Origin: Candidatus Levyibacteriota bacterium
Lineage (GTDB): Bacteria; Patescibacteriota; Microgenomatia; Levybacterales; UBA12049
Assembly (NCBI GenBank): GCA_003152105.1
Contig: PLZJ01000003.1
Coordinates: 70,899 to 134,898, forward strand
Direction of reading: 5' to 3'
Length of the DNA: 64,000 nt
Shown here in pieces: positions 38,143-47,860 of the stretch (within the stretch, counting starts at the first letter, position 1; every line of letters starts with the position of its first letter). The notes beneath the pieces were generated by a model. The model made no database searches. It had not been told where the DNA came from and was given only the letters and a program-made list of their open reading frames with translations. A program made the position numbers and the translations under genes.

Positions 38143-38683
38143 AACCAATAGATTTTTGCCCTCTCTGTACACACTTATTCCGCTCATTATTGGCGTTTTT
38201 TTCCTTATATTGTATGCGTATTGGTATATTGCCTTTGGACCATATTCACTTCAGTTTAACAGCGTACCAAAAGCTTTTACGAGTTCTCTCTCAACCCCTG
38301 TTAGTATTTCGATTCCACGAGAAAAACTCACTCTATCCGTATCAGAAGCTGCTATAACCCATAACCAGTGGCAAGTAAGTCAAACTGGAGTTTCGCATCT
38401 TGCCATATCTGCAAATCCCGGCAATAAAGGAAATATTATAATTTATGGGCACAATAAAGACGAGTTATTTGGTAATATTCGAAATCTCCTTCCAACTGAC
38501 CAAATTATTATTCAAACAAAAGACAAAAAGCTTCACAAATATATAGTCTATGCAACTGACACCGTTTCACCAAATGACATAAGTGTCATTGCAAGCACAA
38601 ATAAAGAGGTTTTAACCCTCTATACCTGTACTGGATTTGCTGATTTAGAGAGGTTTATAGTAAAAGCTTATCCTGTAGTATAG
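38108..38683 (+). CDS. Sortase (class E-like)
   Basis: IYGHN catalytic His and TLYTC catalytic Cys (TLXTC). N-terminal membrane anchor. Start placed at MSKNRSK (38108). Confidence 0.8.
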   Translation: MSKNRSKSKKAKTNRFLPSLYTLIPLIIGVFFLILYAYWYIAFGPYSLQFNSVPKAFTSSLSTPVSISIPREKLTLSVSEAAITHNQWQVSQTGVSHLAISANPGNKGNIIIYGHNKDELFGNIRNLLPTDQIIIQTKDKKLHKYIVYATDTVSPNDISVIASTNKEVLTLYTCTGFADLERFIVKAYPVV

Positions 38684-38834
38684 GCACGAAAACTTCTGAA
38701 GCAATAAACCCATTGTTCAGCTTTACATTTCACTTCTTTTTTGGTATACTTATAAGATAACCCATAGAGATTTTTATCTTTATGTTTCTGCCTCTTTGGA
38801 TATTCCAATGTAACATAGGGTTATATTGCGAAGC

Positions 38835-38860
38835 GACGGGTACATTATCCGTCTTTTTTT
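38835..38860 (+). promoter_or_regulatory. Terminator-like hairpin GACGG-GTACATTAT-CCGTC plus T7 ending 3 nt before the start of the giant glycosyltransferase gene; possible attenuator or leader element
   Basis: Seen directly in sequence. Confidence 0.35.
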
Positions 38861-38863
38861 CAA

Positions 38864-41800
38864 ATGGACAGAAACATTTCTATTATTGTTCCAACATATA
38901 ATGAAGAAGGAAATATTGTTCCGCTATTAAATCGTATCCACAAAGCCGCAAAAACCGCAAAACTAACCTATGAAGTCATCGTTATTGATGACAATTCAAA
39001 AGACAAAACACTCAAAAAAGTTAAGGCACTAAAGTTATCTTATCCAGTCACTGCACCAAAGAAAAATGGTAAACCAGGTAAAGCATATTCGTTGCTTCAA
39101 GGCTTTTCACTTGCAAAATATGACACTATTTGCATGATTGATGCAGATTTACAATATCCACCTGAAGCAATACCACTCATGTTTGATCAAATCCAAGAAG
39201 GAGCAGATATTGTTGTGGCAAATAGAATTAAAGAAAATGCAGGACTAAAACGAAAAATAATCAGCAATACGTTTCGATTTGTATTTGGAAGATTACTACA
39301 TGGTTTCTCAGTAGACGTACAATCAGGCCTTAAAGTCTTTAGAAAAAGGGTGATTGAAGAACTTTCTCTTTCACCTACATCTGCATGGACACTTGATATG
39401 GAACTATTAGTAAAAGCACGAAACGCAGGCTTTGTCATTTCTTCATTTGACACCGAGTTTGAACAAAGACATGATGGTGATGCAAAAATAAATTTAACAA
39501 GAGCAACGTTTGAAATTTTAAAAAGTGCACTAGAACTTAAATTTCAAAGAACACAAGTTGTGCCATTTACCAGCGAAAAAGAAAAAGAAACGGGAAAAGG
39601 ATTTCACCACAAAGGAAAACAATATATTCATTATTCAAATCTCCCGCAAGAAGAAACAGCGTTTTTTAGACTATCGACAATCCAAATGCTTCTTATTTGT
39701 GACTTAGTACTGGTGCTTATCTTCTCACTACTTGTTAATTGGCACCTTACCTTGATTATTATTCTTGCATTCTTAACGCTTTTCTATTTTATTGATTTGT
39801 TTTTCAACTTATATTTAATATTACAAAGCTTATCAAAAGAAATTTCAATTGGCGTCACAGAGGAGGAACTTGCAACTCTAAAAGACAAAGATCTTCCGAT
39901 GTATACGATTTTATGTCCGCTGTACAAAGAGTGGAGAGTTGTACCGCAATTTATCTCTGCAATGAACAATCTAGTATACCCAAAAGACAAACTTCAAATT
40001 ATGCTGCTGCTTGAAGAAAATGACACAAAAACAATTGAAAAGATAAAAACATATGTACTTCCTGATATGTTTGAAATTGTCATTGTTCCAGATTCAAATC
40101 CAAAAACAAAACCAAAAGCACTCAATTACGGACTCCTCGTTGCAAAAGGGGATTATACCGTCATTTACGATGCAGAAGATATGCCAGATCCACTCCAACT
40201 TAGAAAAGCACTTATTGCATTTTCTAAACTTCCTAAAAAAGTCATCTGTATCCAAGCAAAACTTAATTTTTATAATCCAACCCACAATATTCTCACAAAG
40301 CTTTTCTCAGCTGAGTATGCACTTTGGTTTGATCTTGTACTACCAGGACTGCAGTCACTAAATGCGCCGATTCCACTTGGAGGAACTTCTAATCATTTTA
40401 AAACATCGGTCCTTCGAAGTCTTAATGGATGGGACGCGTTTAATGTAACTGAGGATTGTGATTTAGGAATACGACTTTCGAAAAAAGGCTATCAAACAGC
40501 AATTATTGACTCAACAACACTTGAGGAAGCAAATAGTAATATTTTTAACTGGTTTAATCAACGATCTCGTTGGATAAAAGGGTATATTCAAACCTACTTT
40601 GTGCACACAAGAGATCTTCGAACAACAATCATGTCAAAAGACCAGAAAAAGGTAGCACTCTTTAACATAATTGTAGGAGGCAAAATTGCCTCTATGTTTA
40701 TTAATCCGTTAATGTGGATTATTACTCTTTCATACTTTGCATTTCGACCAATCGTTGGTCCTGCTATTGAATCATTTTATCCTGCTCCCGTACTATACAT
40801 GGGAGTTGTTTGTATTGTTTTTGGTAACTTTTTGTATTTGTACTATTACATGCTTGCGTGCGCCAAAAGAGGGCAAGACAATTTAATTATCTATGCATTT
40901 TTAGTTCCAGTTTACTGGCTTACGATGAGTATTGCCTCAGTAAAGGCAGTCATAAGTATTATTTATAATCCACATTACTGGGCAAAAACAAAACACGGAT
41001 TATTCCTCGAAGAAGCAGAATCGCAAACTGAAAATGAGCAAATGTATGAAGAAACACTTGGCTACAAACAAAACTGGTACGCACCTTCTTTTGTCTATCA
41101 AAAAGCAAAAAATACATGGAAAAGTTCAACACATTTACAAATGGGAACGTTTTTTGCCTTATCGGCAACACTTGCTAATTTCTTAAACTTTTTTTATAAC
41201 GCATTCTTAGGTCGAGTTCTTTCGTTTGATGAATTTGGAACAATAGCACTGCTTAGTAATTTTCTCCTTATTCTAGGTATTTTTATCGAGTCTACCTCAG
41301 GTACTATTTCGCAAAAAATTGCCTACTTTTCTGCAAAAAAACGCCAAGATGCAGCGCTTACTTTTTATAACTATGTAGTAATGAGGATTATTATTCTCGC
41401 AAGTTCTGTCGCAATTCTATGGATGGTTTTTGCACCTTTGCTTGCATTGTTTTTCCACACACAAGGAACGCTCCCAATTATTGTATTTACTCCCGTTATT
41501 TTAATGGCGATGATTACGGCAGTAAACGCAGGGTTTTTACGAGGGAATATGGCGTTTGTCAGCGTTGGTATTATTACGCTTATTGAAGGACTTGTGAAGC
41601 TCTCTTCAATGTTTTTCTTTGTGTTTGAAAAACAACAATCGCTTGCTTACTTTGCAATACCACTTGGTATTTTATCGACCTTTATCTTGACATTAATACT
41701 CACAACCCGTCAACTTGTCAAACAAAAACCAACAACGATGAAAAATACAACTCATTTCCCTTGGAAGTTTTTTAGTTCTTATTTGTTTATTGGCGCCTCA

Positions 41801-43585
41801 ACAATCGCATTTCTTTCTTTAGATGTACTGCTTGTAAAACATTTCTTTTCGCCAAAAATTGCAGGAGAATATGCACTCCTTTCATTAATTGGAAAAATGA
41901 TTTTCTACTTTAATTACTTTTTCAATACACTCCTTGTTCCATTAACTAGTCGCTATGAGGGTCTCTATGGCAGTTCTACAAAGTTGTTTCGAAACATGAT
42001 GTTTCTAAGTGTTCTTTCCTCAGGAAGTATATTTCTTTTTGTCGGGCCACTTGGCTTTTTATTCTTACCAATTCTTTTTGGAAGTAAAGCAGTTGTAATA
42101 TTACCGTACGTTGTTTTATATAGCCTTGGTATTTTCCTCTTTAATCTTTCAAACAAAATTGCGGTATATCACATGTCAAGACACGATCACGTTTTTCCAG
42201 TTTCTATGTCATTTGCATCGCTATTAATGCTTTTGGGTATTTGGACATTTCATCAAAGTATTTATCAAGTTGTGTGGGTAATACTTGGTATTAATATATT
42301 TACCTTTCTACTTCTTCTTTCACTGCACTTTTTACAAGAAAAAGTTAAGTTTGTCATTTCAAATACTGTTGACTTTTTAGAACTTCTGCAACCACTCAAA
42401 AGTAGACGATCAAAAACTAATGTTGAAAAAAATATCCTAATATTTAACTGGAAAGACATTCGTCATGTGCATGCAGGAGGATCTGAAGTATATGTGCATG
42501 AACTTGCAAAACGATGGGTAAAAGACGGCTATTCAGTTACACTTTTTTGCGGAAATGATGGCAATTCACAAAGAAGAGAAACAATAGATGGGATTGAAAT
42601 AATACGTCGAGGCGGCTTTTATATGGTATATCTTTGGGCATTTTTATACTATATGTTCCATTTTAGAGGGAAATACGAAACGATAATTGACTGCGAAAAC
42701 GGTATCCCATTTTTTACACCACTTTTTGCGTTTTCAGAAAAGAAATTCTTACTCATACACCACATACACAAAGACGTGTATAAGTTTAAATTAAAACCAC
42801 CACTTTCTTGGATTGGCATGTATTTAGAAATGAGCCTAATGCCAAAAGTATATAGAAAAGTAAAGTTTATTACGGTTTCTCCTTCAACAAAAGAAGAATT
42901 ACTTGCTGCAAAATTAACACATATTGATCCTGTTATTGTTTACAACGGAGTGGATATTCAAACGTATACACCTGGTAAAAAAAGTATCGTACCAACCGTA
43001 CTTTATTTAGGAAGATTAGAAAAATACAAAAGTATTCATATTTTAATTGAATCAATGGAACATATTGCAAAAAAAGTACCAGCAGTAAAATTTGTTATCG
43101 CTGGAGAAGGAACAGAAAAATTTAAATTAGAACAACACGTTAAAAGATTACCTTTTAAAGCAAATATAGAATTTTTAGGAAAAGTATCTGAAGAAGAAAA
43201 AGCAAGACTCTACCAAAAAGCGTGGGTATTTGTAAATCCTTCATTTAAAGAAGGGTGGGGAATTACTGTTATTGAAGCAAATGCTTGTGAGACGCCTGTT
43301 GTTGCTTCAAATATTTCTGGGCTTCGAGATTCAGTTATTCATTTACAAACTGGACTTTTGGTTCCATATGGCAATATCAAAGCACTTTCAGATTCAGTTT
43401 TAAGACTACTTATTGATGATTCGCTCCGAAATGAACTTGGTAAAAATGGCCGTGAATGGGCAAAACTTTTTGAATGGAGATTTAGTGCGCGAAAAACGTT
43501 AAATATTATAGAAGAACGTGAACTTGAACCAGAAAAACCAATAAGTCATTTTACGAAAAATATTAGCTTATCAAGCTCGATATAA
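38864..43585 (+). CDS. 1573-aa multidomain glycosyltransferase: GT2 (DPM1/GtrB-like), TM helices, GT2 (processive, QxxRW), MOP/Wzx-like flippase domain, GT4
   Basis: aa 1-230: ISIIVPTYNEEGNI...VIVIDDNSKDKT. aa 340-700: DAED, TED and QRSRW motifs. aa 700-1180: about 12 TM helices with a Polysacc_synt-like start (LGRVLSFDEFGTIALLSNF). aa 1200-1573: GT4 with EGWGITVIEA (EX7E). Confidence 0.85.
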   Translation: MDRNISIIVPTYNEEGNIVPLLNRIHKAAKTAKLTYEVIVIDDNSKDKTLKKVKALKLSYPVTAPKKNGKPGKAYSLLQGFSLAKYDTICMIDADLQYPPEAIPLMFDQIQEGADIVVANRIKENAGLKRKIISNTFRFVFGRLLHGFSVDVQSGLKVFRKRVIEELSLSPTSAWTLDMELLVKARNAGFVISSFDTEFEQRHDGDAKINLTRATFEILKSALELKFQRTQVVPFTSEKEKETGKGFHHKGKQYIHYSNLPQEETAFFRLSTIQMLLICDLVLVLIFSLLVNWHLTLIIILAFLTLFYFIDLFFNLYLILQSLSKEISIGVTEEELATLKDKDLPMYTILCPLYKEWRVVPQFISAMNNLVYPKDKLQIMLLLEENDTKTIEKIKTYVLPDMFEIVIVPDSNPKTKPKALNYGLLVAKGDYTVIYDAEDMPDPLQLRKALIAFSKLPKKVICIQAKLNFYNPTHNILTKLFSAEYALWFDLVLPGLQSLNAPIPLGGTSNHFKTSVLRSLNGWDAFNVTEDCDLGIRLSKKGYQTAIIDSTTLEEANSNIFNWFNQRSRWIKGYIQTYFVHTRDLRTTIMSKDQKKVALFNIIVGGKIASMFINPLMWIITLSYFAFRPIVGPAIESFYPAPVLYMGVVCIVFGNFLYLYYYMLACAKRGQDNLIIYAFLVPVYWLTMSIASVKAVISIIYNPHYWAKTKHGLFLEEAESQTENEQMYEETLGYKQNWYAPSFVYQKAKNTWKSSTHLQMGTFFALSATLANFLNFFYNAFLGRVLSFDEFGTIALLSNFLLILGIFIESTSGTISQKIAYFSAKKRQDAALTFYNYVVMRIIILASSVAILWMVFAPLLALFFHTQGTLPIIVFTPVILMAMITAVNAGFLRGNMAFVSVGIITLIEGLVKLSSMFFFVFEKQQSLAYFAIPLGILSTFILTLILTTRQLVKQKPTTMKNTTHFPWKFFSSYLFIGASTIAFLSLDVLLVKHFFSPKIAGEYALLSLIGKMIFYFNYFFNTLLVPLTSRYEGLYGSSTKLFRNMMFLSVLSSGSIFLFVGPLGFLFLPILFGSKAVVILPYVVLYSLGIFLFNLSNKIAVYHMSRHDHVFPVSMSFASLLMLLGIWTFHQSIYQVVWVILGINIFTFLLLLSLHFLQEKVKFVISNTVDFLELLQPLKSRRSKTNVEKNILIFNWKDIRHVHAGGSEVYVHELAKRWVKDGYSVTLFCGNDGNSQRRETIDGIEIIRRGGFYMVYLWAFLYYMFHFRGKYETIIDCENGIPFFTPLFAFSEKKFLLIHHIHKDVYKFKLKPPLSWIGMYLEMSLMPKVYRKVKFITVSPSTKEELLAAKLTHIDPVIVYNGVDIQTYTPGKKSIVPTVLYLGRLEKYKSIHILIESMEHIAKKVPAVKFVIAGEGTEKFKLEQHVKRLPFKANIEFLGKVSEEEKARLYQKAWVFVNPSFKEGWGITVIEANACETPVVASNISGLRDSVIHLQTGLLVPYGNIKALSDSVLRLLIDDSLRNELGKNGREWAKLFEWRFSARKTLNIIEERELEPEKPISHFTKNISLSSSI

Positions 43586-43587
43586 GT

Positions 43588-44685
43588 ATGAATTTAAACA
43601 TTGTTTTCTTAGATTTTGACGATATAAAAAACCCATTGCTTAGTGCTGGCCAAGCGCATGCAACGGTTGAAGTAGGCAAACGTCTCGCAAAAAAAGGACA
43701 TACCATCTCTGTCTTGTCATCCAAATATCCAGGCTATAAAGACAGAAAAGAAAATGGATTACAGTATAAACACATTGGTCTTGGATCGGGGAATATTAAA
43801 TTAAATAATCTTATCTATATTGTTGTACTTCCGTTTTATGTAAAAAGCATAAAAGCAGATATTATCATAGAATGTTTTACTGCTCCTATTTCAACAATGT
43901 TTTCCCCTTTATTTACTAAAATTCCTGTTGTTGGTCTACCGACTTCATTTGAAGCAGCCAGATTTTCAAAGCTTTATCACTTGCCATTTGATGTAATTGA
44001 AAAATTTGGTTTAAAGCATTATCGATATGTCATGCCCTATACAAATGACATGAAAAAGGAGATGCTCAAAGTCAATCCTGCATTAAAAACAAAAGTAGTT
44101 GGTCAGGGGGTAGATGCACTCTATACAAAAATTAAAAAGAAAACTCCCAAATATATTCTCTATCTTGGAAGATATGATATTTCTCAAAAAGGATTAGATT
44201 TACTTCTTAAAGCTTATGCTTTGACAGATCCTAAAAACACGCTTCCACTGGCTTTTTATGGACATGGTTCAGATGAAAATACGCTTCGTGAAACAATAAC
44301 TAACCTAAAGCTTTCTAGTCGCGTCTCTGTACACAAAGGAGCATATGATAAGAAAAAAGAAGAAGTACTTTCTCATGCCTCAAGTGTTGCATTTCCATCT
44401 CGTCATGAAGGATTTTCGCTGTTCTCGCTTGAAGCGTTAGCAAGTGGCCTTCCACTTATATCATTTGCGATATCAGGGCTTTCTTGGACAAATAATAAGG
44501 TCAATTTAAAAGCAAAACCATTTAATATAAAAGAGTATGCAAATCTACTTACTCTTGGCTCAAATATAAAAAAAGTGAATGAAATGGGTAAAAATGCGAG
44601 AGAATTTGCAAAACACTATAGTTGGGATAGTGTCGCATCTCAATTTGAATCGTTTTTTACTGACATTGTAAGTGGCGCTATATGA
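43588..44685 (+). CDS. GT4-family glycosyltransferase
   Basis: HEGFSLFSLEALASGLPLI (EX7E motif). Confidence 0.8.
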   Translation: MNLNIVFLDFDDIKNPLLSAGQAHATVEVGKRLAKKGHTISVLSSKYPGYKDRKENGLQYKHIGLGSGNIKLNNLIYIVVLPFYVKSIKADIIIECFTAPISTMFSPLFTKIPVVGLPTSFEAARFSKLYHLPFDVIEKFGLKHYRYVMPYTNDMKKEMLKVNPALKTKVVGQGVDALYTKIKKKTPKYILYLGRYDISQKGLDLLLKAYALTDPKNTLPLAFYGHGSDENTLRETITNLKLSSRVSVHKGAYDKKKEEVLSHASSVAFPSRHEGFSLFSLEALASGLPLISFAISGLSWTNNKVNLKAKPFNIKEYANLLTLGSNIKKVNEMGKNAREFAKHYSWDSVASQFESFFTDIVSGAI

Positions 44686-44817
44686 AAAAACTATTTTTTA
44701 TTACAAGTCTATTAGCAACCATATATTTAGGTAAAAATCTATCGAAAAGATATGGCTTATTAATTGCTCAAAAGCAAGATTTAAAGGCTAAATTTACTAG
44801 GAATAGGAAAGGAGATG

Positions 44818-44826
44818 TGGTATAAT
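44818..44826 (+). promoter_or_regulatory. Extended -10 element TGGTATAAT ending 8 nt before the ATG at 44835; leaderless or near-leaderless transcript likely
   Basis: No Shine-Dalgarno between the -10 and the ATG. Confidence 0.4.
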
Positions 44827-44834
44827 ACCTATAT

Positions 44835-46898
44835 ATGAAAGTTAATTTCTATAAGCCATTAATAACGGGGAATGAGCTCACATATATTGCTGATATTATT
44901 GAAAATAATAAGGCAATGCTTGGTGATGGGGAGTATACACATAAAGCACAAGCATTCTTAGCAAAAAGATATAAAATAAATAAAGTACTGCTAACTACCT
45001 CTGGTACTACAGCTTTAGAACTTGCACTTCGACTTTGTAATTTAAAACCAGGAGACGAAGTCATCGCACCTTCATTTACATTTTCTTCCTCAATAAACGC
45101 AGTACTACTCCTCCATGAAGTAAAAGTAGTATTTGCTGACATTGATAAAAAAACACTCAATATTGATCCAAAAGACGTAAAACGAAAAATCACTAAAAAA
45201 ACGAAAGCAATAATGGTCGTACACTACGCTGGGGTCGCAACTGATATGGATGCGATCATGCAGATTGCCAAAAAGCGCAAGATAAAAGTTATTGAAGATG
45301 CAGCTCAAGGTATAGAAGCAAAATGGAAAAATAAATATCTTGGCACAATAGGAGACTTTGGATGTATGTCTTTTCATGCTACGAAAAACATAACAATGGG
45401 AGAGGGGGGAGCGCTTTTTATAAATACGAAAAACAAACAAATACTTGAACAAGCAGAAGTACTTCGAGAAAAAGGAACAAACAGACATAAATTCTTGCGC
45501 GGAGAAGTTGATAAATATACATGGGTATCAATTGGATCAAGCTATTTGCCTTCAGACCTTCTTAGTGCATTTCTGTTTGCACAACTTGAGCAAATTGAGT
45601 CAATTACAAAACAAAGACTTAGTGTTTATAATTATTACTATAATAGTTTGTATCAGTACGAAGAGGAAGGCTTAATACAGCTTCCTAAAATTCCATCCTA
45701 TGCAACGCATAATGGCCACGTATTTTTTATACTATGTAAAAACACAAAAGACAGAGATGAGGTAATAACATATCTTAGAAAAAATGGCATTACGGCTCCG
45801 TTTCATTACATACCACTGCATTCTTCTCCTCAAGGAAAAAAATTAGGGTATAAAGCATCAGATTTACCTATTACAGAAAAGGCAAGCGAGACGCTCCTCA
45901 GACTTCCTATGTATTCAGGAATGCCTACAGAAGAACAAGATTATGTCGTACATCACGTAAAAACAATTTTAGACAAACTATATCACGTAACTAAGCCAAC
46001 AGTAACAATTGGCATTCCAGCTTATAATGAAAGCGCCAACATAAAACATCTACTTACGCAAATAACAAAGCAGAAACAACTTACCTTTACTCTTGAAAAA
46101 ATTATTGTTGTTTCAGACGCAAGTTCGGATGACACTGTTAAAAAAGCAAGTAGTTTGCCTGACAAAAGAATTAAAGTTATTGATCACAAAACAAGAACTG
46201 GCCAAAATAAAATACAAAATGAAATTTTCAGTTTATCTAAATCTGCTATTTGTATTATTTTAGAAGCAGACACCAGAATTCCTAACACCAACTATATAGC
46301 AACACTTATTGCCCCTATGACAAAAAATAAAGATGTGTCCCTTGTACAAGGAAATCCAGTACCTCTTCCTGCGAAAACATTTATAGGAAGTACACTTTCA
46401 CTTCATTCTCAAATATTTCATGCCTCATCTGCAAATAAACCAGAAATTGCAGAATGGATTGCAAATGGTAGAGGAGGAAGAGCATTCGCAAAAAAGCTTT
46501 ATACAAAACTTCGATGGCCACAAAATGTATCAGAAGATGATTATGGTTTGCTTTGGAGTAAAACTAACGGTTTCACAACTGTTTTTGAAAAAAACGCAAA
46601 GTCATATTATAAATGCTCAGAAACACTTTCAGACTACTTGTTAGAAATTAAAAAAGCAAAATCTATTGGCGGCATGATAGAAACATATTTTGCTCCAACA
46701 TTGACAGAAAATGTATTTTCTAGGCCTAGAAATATGAGACTAAAAATGGGAGCAACATTTCTTATTAAAAATCCGCTGTATTTTGCCTCATATATTGGAG
46801 TTAAGCTATATGCAAATAGTAATGTTAAAAAAATGAAATTTACTGATTTTTGGCCACAAATTAGTTCAACAAAAATTCTTAAAAACTATGAAAAATAA
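44835..46898 (+). CDS. DegT/DnrJ/EryC1/StrS-family PLP-dependent sugar aminotransferase fused to a C-terminal GT2 domain
   Basis: aa 1-385: aminotransferase fold with the PLP-Lys context SFHATKN. aa about 390-687: VTIGIPAYNESANI...VVSDASSDDT GT2 domain. Confidence 0.8.
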   Translation: MKVNFYKPLITGNELTYIADIIENNKAMLGDGEYTHKAQAFLAKRYKINKVLLTTSGTTALELALRLCNLKPGDEVIAPSFTFSSSINAVLLLHEVKVVFADIDKKTLNIDPKDVKRKITKKTKAIMVVHYAGVATDMDAIMQIAKKRKIKVIEDAAQGIEAKWKNKYLGTIGDFGCMSFHATKNITMGEGGALFINTKNKQILEQAEVLREKGTNRHKFLRGEVDKYTWVSIGSSYLPSDLLSAFLFAQLEQIESITKQRLSVYNYYYNSLYQYEEEGLIQLPKIPSYATHNGHVFFILCKNTKDRDEVITYLRKNGITAPFHYIPLHSSPQGKKLGYKASDLPITEKASETLLRLPMYSGMPTEEQDYVVHHVKTILDKLYHVTKPTVTIGIPAYNESANIKHLLTQITKQKQLTFTLEKIIVVSDASSDDTVKKASSLPDKRIKVIDHKTRTGQNKIQNEIFSLSKSAICIILEADTRIPNTNYIATLIAPMTKNKDVSLVQGNPVPLPAKTFIGSTLSLHSQIFHASSANKPEIAEWIANGRGGRAFAKKLYTKLRWPQNVSEDDYGLLWSKTNGFTTVFEKNAKSYYKCSETLSDYLLEIKKAKSIGGMIETYFAPTLTENVFSRPRNMRLKMGATFLIKNPLYFASYIGVKLYANSNVKKMKFTDFWPQISSTKILKNYEK

Positions 46899-47847
46899 TA
46901 CCACAACAAAAAGTATGAAAAATACCAAACAAAAACACGTGTTAAAAACGCTTTCAATTGGGATTCCTGCACATAATGAAGAAGCAACACTTCCTTCATT
47001 AATCAGCTCAATTGCACAACAAAAACATACCTTGTTTACACTTGAAAATGTCTATATCTTAAATGATGCAAGTACTGACAATACTGTAGAACTTGCTAAT
47101 TCACTTTCTAAAAAATACCCATTTGTGCATCTTGTAAATGATGGACAACGACTTGGAAAAGCAGCAAGACTTAACGCATTATATAAAGCAAATAAAAGTG
47201 ATATTTTAGTTTGTTTTGACGGAGATATACAACTTACCTCAAATAGGGTTCTTGAAGAAATGGTTAAAGCACTTGATGACAAAGATGTTGCACTTGCTAC
47301 CACAAACAAACTTCCTCATACACCAATAAATTTTTTTGAAAAACTTATATATACCTTAGATATGCTTTGGTATGATATTAGACTTACACTAAATGGAGGA
47401 GATAATGTATATAATGTTGCAGCTTCAGGAATTGGCATTAATGGAACATTTGCAAAAACACTCAAGTTGCCAGCAGGAACTAGTTTTGATGCAGAAATAC
47501 TTTTTATCAGCGCACTACGAAAATATAAAAAAACAGTATTTTTAAAAGATGTTCCAATATATTTCCACCTTCCAGCAAACCTTGCTGATTACATATCACA
47601 ATCAAGTCGCGTCGCAAGTCCAGAAACAAGAAAAATCATAAATAGCGCAAACGAAATTTATGTAGTACCAAACTCGCTTAAAATAAAAGCAATAATTAAA
47701 TCATTTGCAAAACATCCAATATTAACACCTCTTTCTTTTGCTCTCTTATATTACGTAAGACGAATGAAAAAGAAACATGGAAAAGTTTCAAAAACCCCTT
47801 ATTGGGATACTGCAGCTTCTACAAAAAGAGCTTTTACCGCTCAGTAA
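46888..47847 (+). CDS. GT2 glycosyltransferase, paralog of the GT2 domain of the upstream fusion
   Basis: LSIGIPAHNEEATL...ILNDASTDNT aligns with the C-terminal domain of 44835-46898. Confidence 0.75.
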   Translation: MKNNTTTKSMKNTKQKHVLKTLSIGIPAHNEEATLPSLISSIAQQKHTLFTLENVYILNDASTDNTVELANSLSKKYPFVHLVNDGQRLGKAARLNALYKANKSDILVCFDGDIQLTSNRVLEEMVKALDDKDVALATTNKLPHTPINFFEKLIYTLDMLWYDIRLTLNGGDNVYNVAASGIGINGTFAKTLKLPAGTSFDAEILFISALRKYKKTVFLKDVPIYFHLPANLADYISQSSRVASPETRKIINSANEIYVVPNSLKIKAIIKSFAKHPILTPLSFALLYYVRRMKKKHGKVSKTPYWDTAASTKRAFTAQ

Positions 47848-47860
47848 TAATATTATCATT

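Noticed and set aside
39187-40361. Antisense and alternative-frame ORFs inside the glycosyltransferase genes (for example 39187-39453, 39784-39990, 40053-40361, 45105-45488, 36113-36332)
   Set aside because: They lie entirely within long, well-supported ORFs, have low-complexity translations and no RBS. They are typical shadow ORFs of AT-rich DNA.
44682-44825. 47-aa ORF overlapping the GT4 stop by ATGA (MKKLFFITSLLATIYLGKNLSKRYGLLIAQKQDLKAKFTRNRKGDVV)
   Set aside because: It is possibly a real micro-protein, but it has no RBS and overlaps the promoter elements of the downstream gene. There is too little support to list it as a feature.
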